A stretch of 55,615 bases of DNA, counting the filler, from Thelocarpon superellum (lineage: Eukaryota): the NCBI GenBank assembly GCA_026025795.1. It is 2 parts of 2 records of this genome, joined end to end, with 100 filler letters (N's around TTAATTAATTAA, not from the genome) between each part and the next. Parts side by side here need not be neighbours in the genome. Positions count along the whole stretch, not along the records: positions 1 to 27,847 come from JAPEUG010000241.1; 1 more part is not named here. The stretch is one strand, 5' to 3'. This document shows, piece by piece, positions 11,736-22,182 of this stretch. The stretch's first letter is position 1. The number at the start of each line of letters is the position of its first letter. The position numbers and the translations under genes are program-made. The notes beneath the pieces are model-generated. The model searched no databases and was not told where the DNA came from. It saw nothing but the letters and a program-made list of their open reading frames with translations.

Positions 11736-13520
11736 TCACGAGTGAGATCCCCGCCCGGTGTCCAGACGGGCAGGCTCGGATTCGCGCACGAGGGCGGTGC
11801 GTCGGTGGCCGACGCCGTACAGCATCTCACGCAGCTTCCCCTTTTGCCGTTCCCGCACCGTCCGCAGCTGCTGGTAGGTGCCATCGAGGCCCAGGATCTG
11901 CTCCTCCACCGAGAGCGTGCTCGAGTCATTGCTCCGCACCAGCGGGCTGACCAGCTTCTGCCGGAGCGTCTCGAGGTTGGCCTTCAGCGTCATCAACTTG
12001 CCCGTGTGGTGGTTCAGCGCGGCCTTGTTGAGCAGGGTGCGTTCGCGCACGTTGGACAGCAGGCTCTTGTTTCGCTCAAACTTGCGCAGGGCGCCGGCGC
12101 TGGGACCGAGCACCTGCGCCCACAGCGTCGACAGCAGCTCGCCCTCCTCGCGCTCTTGCTGGTCAAACTCGGTCACGACGGTGCGGGCGAGATTGAGGAA
12201 CTGCGCGTCGATGGACTCAAAGGTGGCGTACAGGCTCATGGACATCTTGAGCTCGCTCGCAATGCTCTCTTCCAGCACGCCGAGGAATTCGTTGAAGGTC
12301 CGCTGCAGCGTGCGCCGCGTGCGCTGCAGTCGGGACGGGCCAAACAGGCCGGAGATGACCTGGCCGGTCCGGGTTGAATCGCCATTGGACGACTCGTAGA
12401 ACCCCAGGCGGCATAGCATGGCGTGCACATTGTCCGACGCCGTGCTCACCGACGTCACTGGTAGATGGAGGATCTGGGAGAGCTCTCGTTTGGCCCAGTC
12501 CATGACAAGCAGGATGCCGTCCACGTCGCCGTCCACGCTGGCGAAGAACTTGGTCAGGTCGATGGCGAGGGTCTTGAGCGTCTCGCTCAGCTCGTCCAGC
12601 TGCTGCACCATCACCGGCGCCGACCGGAGCTGCGTTGAGCGCACGCTCTCCCCAAGATCCCAGACAGCGAATCCGGTCTCTTGGAGGTCGCCGATCTGCT
12701 GCATCCCGTTCTCCGAGTAGAAGATCAACGGCTCGAAAGACTGGGCGAGACCCGCGACCTTGACCAGATCCGGCACCGGTCCAGGCTGCGGCGGTTGTAA
12801 CAGGAGTCGAAGGAGGATGTAGGATGCAATGGCGACGATGATGGAGACGATGGAGGATGTCCGCGAGCGCGTGATCCAGTCGACATGATGGCGCACATAT
12901 TCAAAAGCAGCCTCGAAGGGCTCGGTGCGATGCTGCACCTCGGCCCGCACGGCAAATCGGATGAAATTGTTGGCATTCTCGGCCGGCGCACTCGTGCTCG
13001 CGTCCTTGGGCACGGCACCAAAGGTTTTGCCAAATTCTCCGTCACCGTTCGGATAGGGGTCCGGGGTGGGGCTCAGTCGCCGCTCGGGTGAATCGGAGGG
13101 TAATCGAATGTTGGCGGGCAAGATGGTGTCGCCCTCGAGATCGGGCTCGTCCCGCGCATCCTCGTACTCTGGGCTTGGCTCACGCGAGCTGCGGGCCGGG
13201 CTTATCGTTTGGTGGGCGTGAGCGGTCGGTGATCGCTCCGCCCGTGTCCGCACCTCCCATCCGCCGCCCCGTCCTCGATTCCGGATGTCGAAGCGCGCGC
13301 TGATGGGTGGAGACCAAGGACCGCCGGAGTCGGATTCAGGCAGCTCCGATTCGCCATCGTCGGATTGGTAGAAGCCCGAGTGATGGGAAGGAATGTGCAA
13401 GAGAGGCTGTTGGATGTGGTCGCTGTAGCCACCGTTGTGCTCGAAATCCTCCAAGGACGCGGAAAGGGACGGGTGGTCGTCAAAGGCGTCGTGCAGCGCC
13501 TGTTGGTCCACGGCAGCCAT
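11736..13520 (-). CDS. Uncharacterised single-pass membrane protein with a long helical/coiled-coil C-terminal region
   Basis: 594-aa single-exon ORF from ATG 13520 (MAAVDQQ..). Acidic disordered N-terminus, NNFIRFAVRAEVQHRTEP, TM segment SIVSIIVAIASYILLRLLL, then PVPDLVKVAGLAQSFEPLIFYSENG and amphipathic helices. Confidence 0.8.
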   Translation of the reverse strand: MAAVDQQALHDAFDDHPSLSASLEDFEHNGGYSDHIQQPLLHIPSHHSGFYQSDDGESELPESDSGGPWSPPISARFDIRNRGRGGGWEVRTRAERSPTAHAHQTISPARSSREPSPEYEDARDEPDLEGDTILPANIRLPSDSPERRLSPTPDPYPNGDGEFGKTFGAVPKDASTSAPAENANNFIRFAVRAEVQHRTEPFEAAFEYVRHHVDWITRSRTSSIVSIIVAIASYILLRLLLQPPQPGPVPDLVKVAGLAQSFEPLIFYSENGMQQIGDLQETGFAVWDLGESVRSTQLRSAPVMVQQLDELSETLKTLAIDLTKFFASVDGDVDGILLVMDWAKRELSQILHLPVTSVSTASDNVHAMLCRLGFYESSNGDSTRTGQVISGLFGPSRLQRTRRTLQRTFNEFLGVLEESIASELKMSMSLYATFESIDAQFLNLARTVVTEFDQQEREEGELLSTLWAQVLGPSAGALRKFERNKSLLSNVRERTLLNKAALNHHTGKLMTLKANLETLRQKLVSPLVRSNDSSTLSVEEQILGLDGTYQQLRTVRERQKGKLREMLYGVGHRRTALVRESEPARLDTGRGSHS

Positions 13521-14435
13521 CGTGTCAGACGTGCGATCGCACACGGTCGATGCGCGACGCAGCCTGGGAGCGTCGGTGAGGTGAGAGTCGCACAGTGCCA
13601 GAACGCATGCAATGCTGAGTGACTAGGTCGACTGTGTGCGGCGATGTCGACAAGCACCACCCTGGTTCATGGTCGGGTGTGTCGAGGTTCAAGTCCAGCT
13701 CTGTGCAAGTGCGTGGACCATGTCGAAGCGCTCGTCGTGGATGAGTCAACGAGTGTCACGCTCGATGAACAAGTACTTGATACAATCATAGCATGTGGCA
13801 AGAACAAAGGTCGACCAAAGAGCGATCCTCGGGCGATGAGGTTGCAAGAAGTATTGGTGGTGTTTCAAGTGCGTGCTGCGTGGAGGATACCTTGGTGTTC
13901 TCCCCACTTCAGCCGGACCCAGCCTCTCGCCCCCTCTCCCGCTGGCCGGTCGAGTGAGCCGTCAGAAAGCTGGTCGGGCCCGGTCAGGTCGTGCAAGCTA
14001 CCTGGGCTGTCCGGTGCGCGTCGGTGGCTGGTCCAATCATTGGCCATGACGGCCCCGTTTCAGGGCGGACCTTGCAGGGCAGAGTGGAGTTGGGCGAATC
14101 ATGCCGTCGGCCTTGGTCGGTGGCAGGGATATCTGCCTGTCCCGCCCTCGCTACGATTACCCATTTGGTCATGGGCACGATAAGATGTGCCCCTCTACTC
14201 GTTCTTGTACGCAGTCCCGTACGGCTCTGTTACTGCCAGCACCGAGCACCAAGCATCTAGCACCCAGCATTCACCACGCGACGAATAGGATCCAGCGTCG
14301 ACCATTGCCCAGTGCCCATTGTCCATTATCCATTGTGCATTCCATACAACCACCTCGTCTTCTTCGTACAATAGATTGAGTACTATGTTGCTCACATGAT
14401 AGTAGCAGTAATACAAACGTTATCGACGGTAGACT

Positions 14436-15721
14436 CTACAGTTTGCTCCGGCTAATGATGAGCGAGCTGGCACGATTCAGTGTGCTCTCCGCGTCCCGCT
14501 CGATGCGCTTGACCAGCTCGTCGCAGGTGGGAATGTCATGAATCAAGCCCATGACCTGTCCCGCCGTCCACACCTGATCGGAGCGTCAGCCGTGGAAGGT
14601 TGGGGAAGCGAGGAAGCAACGAGACTCACCCCGTAATCCGCGTCGCCATTGATGAAGACCTCGCGGCCGCGCTTGCCGCTCACGAGCGGCGCAATCTCTT
14701 CGAATTTCCCCGACATGCTCTCACGCTCCACCTTGACGGCTTCTTTGGCCACTTTATTTCCGAACAAGCGCGACGTGTTCCGCCACCGTCGCAGCACCAG
14801 CTCCGTGTCGTGCTCGTCGGCATCCACAATGGCCTGCTTGATCTTCTGATGGATGGGTGCCTCGACCGTGCACATGAAGCGCGTGCCCATGTTGATGCCT
14901 TCGGCCCCCAGGCTCAACGCCGCCGCCAGCCCTTGGCCGTCGGCGAAGCCGCCCGAGGCGATGAACGGCACGGCCAAGGATTGCCGGGCCCGGCTCAGCA
15001 GGATGAAGTTGGTGATGTCCGACTCGCCCACGTGTCCGGCGCACTCAAAGCCGTCAATGGACAGGAAGTCTACCCCGAGCTTGATGGCCGACTGGGCGTG
15101 CCGGATGGTGGTGCATTTGTGCAGGATCGTGATGCCCGCCGCCTTGAGGAGCTTGATCACCGGCCCAGGGCTATTGCCCGCCGTCTCTACGATGGTCACG
15201 CCCTCCTCGATGATGGCGCGAGCGTATCCGGCGTAGTCCGGCGGCACGAGGGCCGGGAGGAGGGTCAAGTTGACACCGAACTGCCGTCGTCAGTCATCAC
15301 TCCGTTGCTCGAGGGCCACCTTCGGCGAAGCTCACGGGGTTCTTCGTCATCGTACGACATCTCCGGATCTCCTTTCGTAACTCGTCTGTGCGAGTGTCAA
15401 TGGCCATATACCTCGCTGGCATCGCCCGGGGCGTGATGACTGACCTGGACTCGGTTGTGTCAAGGCGGTCAACTGCTCGAGCGTCGGCGTCAGTCCCGGT
15501 CCCCATGGGGTCGAAAGAGAGGCACGTACGATACCAAGGCCCCCAGCGTTGCTGACGGCACTCGCCAATTCAGCGTAACCCACCCATTGCATTCCCCCCT
15601 GTACCACCGGAACTGGGAACACTTGGTCAGCGGCGGCCCGGACACGTTTCCTGGGTGTCTGCTCGCTTCACGACGTACTCTTAATGCCCAACTTGCGCGT
15701 CAAGGCGGTATTGAACGGCAT
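14436..15721 (-). CDS. Nitronate monooxygenase (2-nitropropane dioxygenase family, FMN TIM barrel) with C-terminal PTS1 (SKL); 5 introns
   Basis: MPFNTALTRKLGIK|PVVQGGMQWVGYAELASAVSNAGGLGI|LTALTQPSP|..|FGVNLTLLP..SIDGFECAGH..IASGGFADGQG..GINMGTRF..|VWTAGQVMGLIHDIP..ISRSKL*. Confidence 0.92.
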
Positions 15722-16269
15722 CGTGAGGATTCTGGCAGACTATGCCGGAAGGCAAAGACTGATGGATGGCCCAGACAGAAGGTCAGAACTGGAGGGAAGG
15801 GAATGAACGTGGAGCATCGTCGCACGCCGATGAGCATTGTCGTGCCTACCCACCGCCCACGGCCGACCCGCCGGACCGAGGCATTGGCGGGACCCCTGTC
15901 GCTCCGGCTGACGCACATGACGATCCGTGTGCCTCCGCCGGAATTTGGCCTGGTGGCAATCGGCAGGCGAGCAAATGCCGGCTCGATTACATAATGCGCC
16001 ATACCGGCACCCGAGATTGCTGGACGCATCGCTCGACACGTCGATACTCCGACTTGGTGGCTGGTTATGCTGCGGGAGACATAGGCATTCATCTTGAATC
16101 AGGCGCATCTCCTGAAGATCTGTCGCGCGGTCCCAACGGCCCGCAATGAGGCCAGGATGGCCGACAGGCCGCGTGGTGGCTGAGATCGCAGGACTCGAGC
16201 ACTCCATACTCCCGCTAAATGACAATGAAATGAACCCCCCGGATGCTATGCCCTCTCCCCTCTCGTGCG

Positions 16270-16641
16270 CTAGTCTTCTCCATTTTCCACTTTCCATCGC
16301 TCCAGGTATCGCTCGGCACTGAGGGGACCTTTGGAGAGGCCTTGAAATCGGCCTCGCGTCGGCTTCATCGTCCGTGTCACGAACGGCGTCAACTGGATCG
16401 GGCGTGAGCGATATCATCTCCATGGACACCGATCGCAAGCAACCCGTACCTGGAAGTCACGCAAGCCCGACGGGACCACGTAGGTCCGGACCTTGTCCCA
16501 CTCGATGATGTACCCTCCGTGCTTCGTGTGTCGTCCCATTGATCCCGTCCGGTTGCCTTTGTAGTATCCGCCATTGACTTGTTTGGTGGTCAACGCCAGC
16601 CGCCGTAATCGTCGGAAGAGAATCTGAGTGGGCTTGAACAT
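16270..16641 (-). CDS. MRPL27: Mitochondrial large-subunit ribosomal protein mL41 (yeast YmL27); 1 intron
   Basis: [57 protein letters not shown]..|[15 protein letters not shown]. Confidence 0.92.
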
Positions 16642-16930
16642 GTTGAGCAGCGCCTGCGTCGGATGATCAGACGGAATGCTGGATGGCGTTTTCCACAAAT
16701 ACTCGATGTCTTCTCTTCTCGCCGCGAAGTTCTTCTCCCTTCGTCTTACCCGGCCGCGACTAGACATATCTGGCTTAGCCTTCATCCCAGCCGAGCCCAC
16801 GAACGCCGAAGCCCAGAAACTTTTGGACACTTGCCCACCCCACCTTGACGAGCGGTGGGAAAAGTAGAGAGTGCCTGGAGGTGGATGGCGGCCTGGGACA
16901 AACTGCTCTGATTGCAATTCTCATCTCAAG

Positions 16931-19863
16931 ATGCCGACTGGACGACGGAACACCGCCGGGGCCCCAAACAGCCGCAGCAGACCTCATCGGAATCCCCAGA
17001 AACGGTCGCTCGATGCGCTGGCCATTGCCTCCAGAGAAGCGCCTGAACGCTTCAAGGTGCGGCAGCATCGTCTAGGCGAAATCGATAGGCAGTCGGCCCC
17101 AGAAGTACGGACTCATGCCGATCAGGAAGAAGATGGCCACGATGGCCCGACGCATACGCGGAGCAAGCGAAGGCGCCTCGACCCCCGGACAGTCCCAGAT
17201 GGCGAGGCGCTCGTCGAGAAGTTCAGCGACAGCGAGGGCAACGAGTGGCAGACCGGCCAGGTGCCAAGCGACCAAGACAGTGACATCGACAGTGACGAGG
17301 CCTTCGATGACGCCGACGAGCACCGCTTCGAGGGGTACAGTTTCCGGGGAAGCGCCCAAGCCAGGCAGGCAGGAGGGCTCGGTCGGAGGCAGCCAGCGAC
17401 GAATGCGGACTTGGACGAGACGAACGAACCTGAGCCCGGGTTCGAGGACAAGGACGAGGACGCGGACGACCTGGGTGATGAGGCGGTAGATCTCGCCGAG
17501 GCCCTGGATGCGTCGGAGGACGATGAAGAGGGGGCGGCCGAATCGGAACAGTTGGACGGTTCATCAGACGACGATGAAGACGGGAACGGCGATTCCGACG
17601 CAACGTCGGATTCCAGCGTATCCATTGACGGTTCCATCGAGGACGACGATGGTGACAGTCCTCATCGCGTCGCAGCTTTACGCAACCTTGTCGCCTCCCT
17701 AGACTCGCCCATCGAACCCGCGTCGGGCACGCGACGGCGCCATGACGCCAACGATCTGTCAACGAAACCTTTGCAAAAGCTAACCGTGGCAGACCTCCTC
17801 CCATCGGTGACAGACGCGACGCTGAGGAAGTCATTACGTATGATGTCGACCAACAAGGCTCCCACCGGACTAACACCGAACGGTGGCATCCCCGGGAAGC
17901 TCGAAGCGCCCCTCGTGAAACGCCAGCAAGATCGTCTCAATCGTGTTGCAGCTTATGACAAGAGCAAGGAGACACTGGATCGATGGATTGACACGGTCAA
18001 ACACAACCGGAGGGCGGAATACCTGGCCTTTCCCTTGACACAGGCGAACGGCCGCGGCACACCGGGGAAAGACCGCCTGCTTCCCACTACGGGCCCAGGT
18101 GCATCAAGTGCGCTAGAAAGCACGATCCAGAGTATCTTGGAGCAGAGTGGACTGGCCATGTCGTCAAGCACCGCGGGGGAGGAGAGGATTCGCCAGTTTG
18201 AGGAGCTGCAAACAAACGAGATGCCCCTCGAGGAGGTACAAGCGCGAAGAGCGCAGCTCCGCATGGCGCGCGAGCTGCTTTTTCGAGAGGAGGTGCGGGC
18301 CAAGCGGATCAAAAAGATCAAGAGTAAGTCCTACCGCCGCGTGCATCGCAAACAGCGAGAACGCATGGAAGCGGCGACGCAGGCCGCGCTCGTGGCGGGT
18401 GGGGCGGTGGAATCGGAGGACGAGAGAGAAGCCGCGCATCGTCGACGAGCCACCGAGCGTATGGGGGCGCGACACCGCGAGAGCACCTGGGCCAAGGGCG
18501 TCCGAGCCAGTGGACGAGCGGCCTGGGACGAGGATGCGAGAATGGGAGTGACCGAGATGGCCCAACGTGGCGAAGACCTACGACAACGCATGCAAGGGAC
18601 GTCGACGAGAGATGGCGCAGACGACCTCTCCCACCCCTCAAGTGACAGCAGCGATGAGGTCGACGACTCAGAGGATGATGGCGAGCATTCCACCCGAGCC
18701 CGCAACGCCCTCCTCGGACAGCTAGACCACAGTGACGCGCAAGCCGGCTCAGATGAGGTCCACCGTGCGGCACGCTCCGGCCTTGCATCGATGAACTTCA
18801 TGGTGAAGGCCGAGGCCGCACGCAAGGCCGAGAATGACGCCGCCGCGAGCGCGCTAAGGCGGGAGCTAGAAGGCGTTGCATCTGCCGAGGAAGCAGACGA
18901 GGCCAAACCGACTGGCCGAAGACATTACGGCCCCCAATTGCCGAATACCCCTGCGCATCCAGTCGTACGACAAAGCCGGGCGAGCGACTTTGAAGAAGGA
19001 GTGGCCTTTGAGGACGACGAATCGCCCCGTCCTAGCAAGGCCACGACCGGGGATGGAGATTCTCGAACGGGCCTTGACGCACTTAGCCCCTCTCAAGTGT
19101 CCCTCGGCAAGGTGCCAGATCGTGCTCAGCGCTCGATACGGAAAGACGCGGTCGCCACGAGCCACTCGACGGCAACAAAGGACAATGCAACAAAGACCGC
19201 ACCCTCACGAGTCCCAGATGCTACCGCTCCCAGGAAGCACAAGAGCTCTGGCGACGCGGAGTCTGTGGAAGCACGCAATGACGCCGTCATCGCAGCGCAT
19301 GATACAAGCGAAGACTCCGGTTCGGACGACTTGGACGGAATCCCTCCGAGCCAGACGCAGCAAGCCCTTCGACTACGAGCCTTTGCGGGAGACGACGTTG
19401 CCCAGGACTTTCAAGCAGAAAAGAACAAGACGGTGGAGGAGGAAGATGAGCAGATCATTGATCATACTCTTCCCGGCTGGGGCAGCTGGACCGGAGACGG
19501 CATCAGCAAGAAGGCACAGAAGCGGAACCAGGGCCGTTTTGTCACCAAGACTGAAGGGATCAGGGCCGAGAAGCGCAAGGACGCCAAGCTTAATCGCGTC
19601 ATCATCAACGAGAGGCGTGTCAAGAAGGTGAGTGGCAGCGATGGCCCCGCTGCGCCCCGGTGGAGACTAAGCAGTGCTAGAATACCAAGTATCTCGCGTC
19701 GAGCTTACCCCACCCCTTTGAGAGTCGGCAACAGTATGAACGGTCGCTGAGGCTTCCCGTCGGACCAGAGTGGACGACCAAAGAGACCTTTCAAGACGCC
19801 ACCAAGCCCCGCGTCCTGCTCAGACAGGGCATCATCGCGCCGATGGAGCGGCCCCTTCTGTAG
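16931..19863 (+). CDS. UTP14: U3 snoRNA-associated protein Utp14 (SSU processome); 1 intron near the 3' end
   Basis: DSDIDSDEAF, RAKRIKKIKSKSYRRVH, ERMGARHRESTWAK, AFAGDDVAQDF, LPGWGSWTG, VIINERRVKK|NTKYLASSLPHPFESRQQYERSLRLPVGPEW. Confidence 0.95.
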
Positions 19864-20628
19864 ACTAGTCGTCGTCCACACCATCTTACATACAGGCTCG
19901 AGGTACCTCGCCGGCATTCCGATCCCACCGCTGTTCAATACGTGTCTAGCGCTGTATCGGACCGGCTAGTCAGTCCCAAATATGACGGTCACAGAAGATC
20001 CAGGTTCGATGTCCTCCGGCTCCGTAGCCAGATGACGGTAGCAGGGGCGATCATAGTCTACGACCGCAGCACGTTGTACGTGTCTGGCGCGGCCCCTGAC
20101 GAAGTTCCCGGGATAGGGGTCTCCGGACTGATAGTCAGTGTCATCGCGCCCAACGATGACGACAGCCTTCTTTAGCATAGCCGCGTAGTCCTGCGCCTTG
20201 TTGACCTTGTCGCAAGGAGCCTCCTAAGTTCAGCTCCCTAGTGCCGCTTGTATCGCCACCTACACACTTCATACCCTTGCATCGTGATAAAGGGATAGGC
20301 AGGTACGGAATATAGGACAGCTTCGCCAGAGCCGGCGACGTCGAACAGGTCGTATAGAATAAGAGCATCGGTCTGTTGTGGTTATCCGGACCCTCGAGCG
20401 GCATCGGCGCCGACGAGGAGCTCGCACCGAAAGCCTGCCAGCGGCCGGAGGGACACATGCCGTGGGCGCCTTCTCATGGCGGAGCTCAATGCGGAGCCGG
20501 AACATCCCCGCGCGAGGTCATCGTGCTCCATATCCTACCTAATCAGGTCTAGTTCCGTGCTGTGACCGTCTGTATCACCAAAGAGCTCGTGCGATGGCCG
20601 TTTTCCTCCCTCTTTGCCCTCGATCAAC

Positions 20629-21171
20629 ATGGCTTGCCTTCTGTCTAGTGCGAGGCAACACTCCTTCATGAGAGAGGCGGTCTCGCTCTCGGAGAAATCG
20701 CCCGAGCGGCCGACCAACTTCCGCGTCGGGGCCCTATTGTTCGATGTAGACGCCAACCGCATCCTCGCGACCGGCTTCACCCTCGAGCTGCCGGGTAACA
20801 CGCATGCCGAACAATGCTGTCTCAGCAAGTATGCTGCGGCGAATGACATGACCGAGGACCGCGTAGGCGACATCCTGCCCCCACACACCGTGCTGTTCTC
20901 CACCATGGAACCCTGTGCCAAGCGACTCTCGGGCAATATAAGCTGTGTCGAGCGAATCCTCCAGACGACACGTGGAGGCGCAGGCATCCGTCAGGTGTAC
21001 ATCGGTGTCAAAGAGCCTTCGACCTTTGTTGGCGACAGTGCAGGACGAGCACAGCTGGTGCGTGAGGGCGTCGAGTGTTTCTACGTGCCCGGCTTCGACG
21101 ACGAGATCCTGAAGATCGCGACCAGCGGCCACGGCCACGGCCACGGCCAGCCGGAGCCAAGCCACGCCTGA
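20629..21171 (+). CDS. Zn-dependent cytidine-deaminase-fold protein, RIB2/DRAP (riboflavin pathway pyrimidine) deaminase type
   Basis: PTNFRVGALL, TGFTLELPGNTHAEQCC, STMEPCAKRLSGNISCVERI, VYIGVKEP; single exon with a His-Gly tail. Confidence 0.85.
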   Translation: MACLLSSARQHSFMREAVSLSEKSPERPTNFRVGALLFDVDANRILATGFTLELPGNTHAEQCCLSKYAAANDMTEDRVGDILPPHTVLFSTMEPCAKRLSGNISCVERILQTTRGGAGIRQVYIGVKEPSTFVGDSAGRAQLVREGVECFYVPGFDDEILKIATSGHGHGHGQPEPSHA

Positions 21172-22182
21172 CGTAGGTCAAGTCTGGGCAGAGACTTGGG
21201 GTGTGGCCCTTACGTCTGGGACCACTGTTCGTGGCCAGGCACGCCGACGAGGGACGGCGATGGCTCTTTATTGGTGGAGACGCAACGATGGCCGGCTGCT
21301 GGCCGGCTGAAGCTTGTCTGGCGTGGTGGGGAAGTCGGCCGAAACCTGCTGGCCCAACCTTTCTACAGCTCCATGACAGGGCCCCACCATCCTCCCTCGA
21401 CGCATGTCAACAAGCCGATGCATTCGCTCCACCACTACCTCTAGACTCCTCCAAGACATCTCGGGCCGATCGGCATCGCGTGGACCCCATGGAGCGGTAG
21501 TGCAGCATTCCTGAACATCGATCGACCATCAAGAGTCTCGCGTGTCCGCACGTCGCCTGCGAGCCGCCGCCGCCGCCGCACTGCCGCATTGCCGCATTCC
21601 TCAGATTTGACAGTCTTACGGATCCGCCAGGGTTCGTCGGCCCGGCGATACCTAGTGCTGGTCATCGGTCAGTGCAGGCTTCTTTGAGTGTCACTTGCAG
21701 TCGCTCCTACGCTTTCATGCCGTCGTTTCGTCCGGTCAACTAGAGCGGACGACGATGGCCGTCTTTGCTTACGCAATGCGTCGAGTGATGATGGTACATC
21801 GCATCCAATTTCAGTCTGACCTGTCTCCCCGCCGTTCGTTTCTTTGCCTCAATTCCTGCCATCAAGATGGCTATTGTGCTCTCTGTTGCCTGATCCGCCT
21901 CGTGCCTCGACTGAACCTCCGACCTACCTCCCTGGATCGAGTCTCGTCGTTGTTGCGACCACCATCGACCTCTCATCTCGGTCCGCGACCGGTCGAGAGT
22001 GGCCCTAGATCATCGACTTGCCAAGAAGAGGCCGCCATTGGCTTGGCGCCCGGCTCGGGGCGCGACGGAGCTGGAAAGGACCGATACATCGTCGCCGCCC
22101 AAGAGCTCGGCCTACCGACCCTTGAATCACCGAATCTGGTCCTCGGAAGCTCTTGGAGAACTGGCGTTCCTCCTTGATCGCG

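Noticed and set aside
14230..14350. CCATT/CACC-rich stretch, and the 37431-37511 and 3950-3993 repeats, as CRISPR-like or structured arrays
   Set aside because: Short degenerate microsatellites with no repeat-spacer organisation, in a eukaryotic context.
21200..22180. Short ORFs between the deaminase and the GH81 gene
   Set aside because: No coherent exon chain or protein-like composition; likely promoter or UTR.
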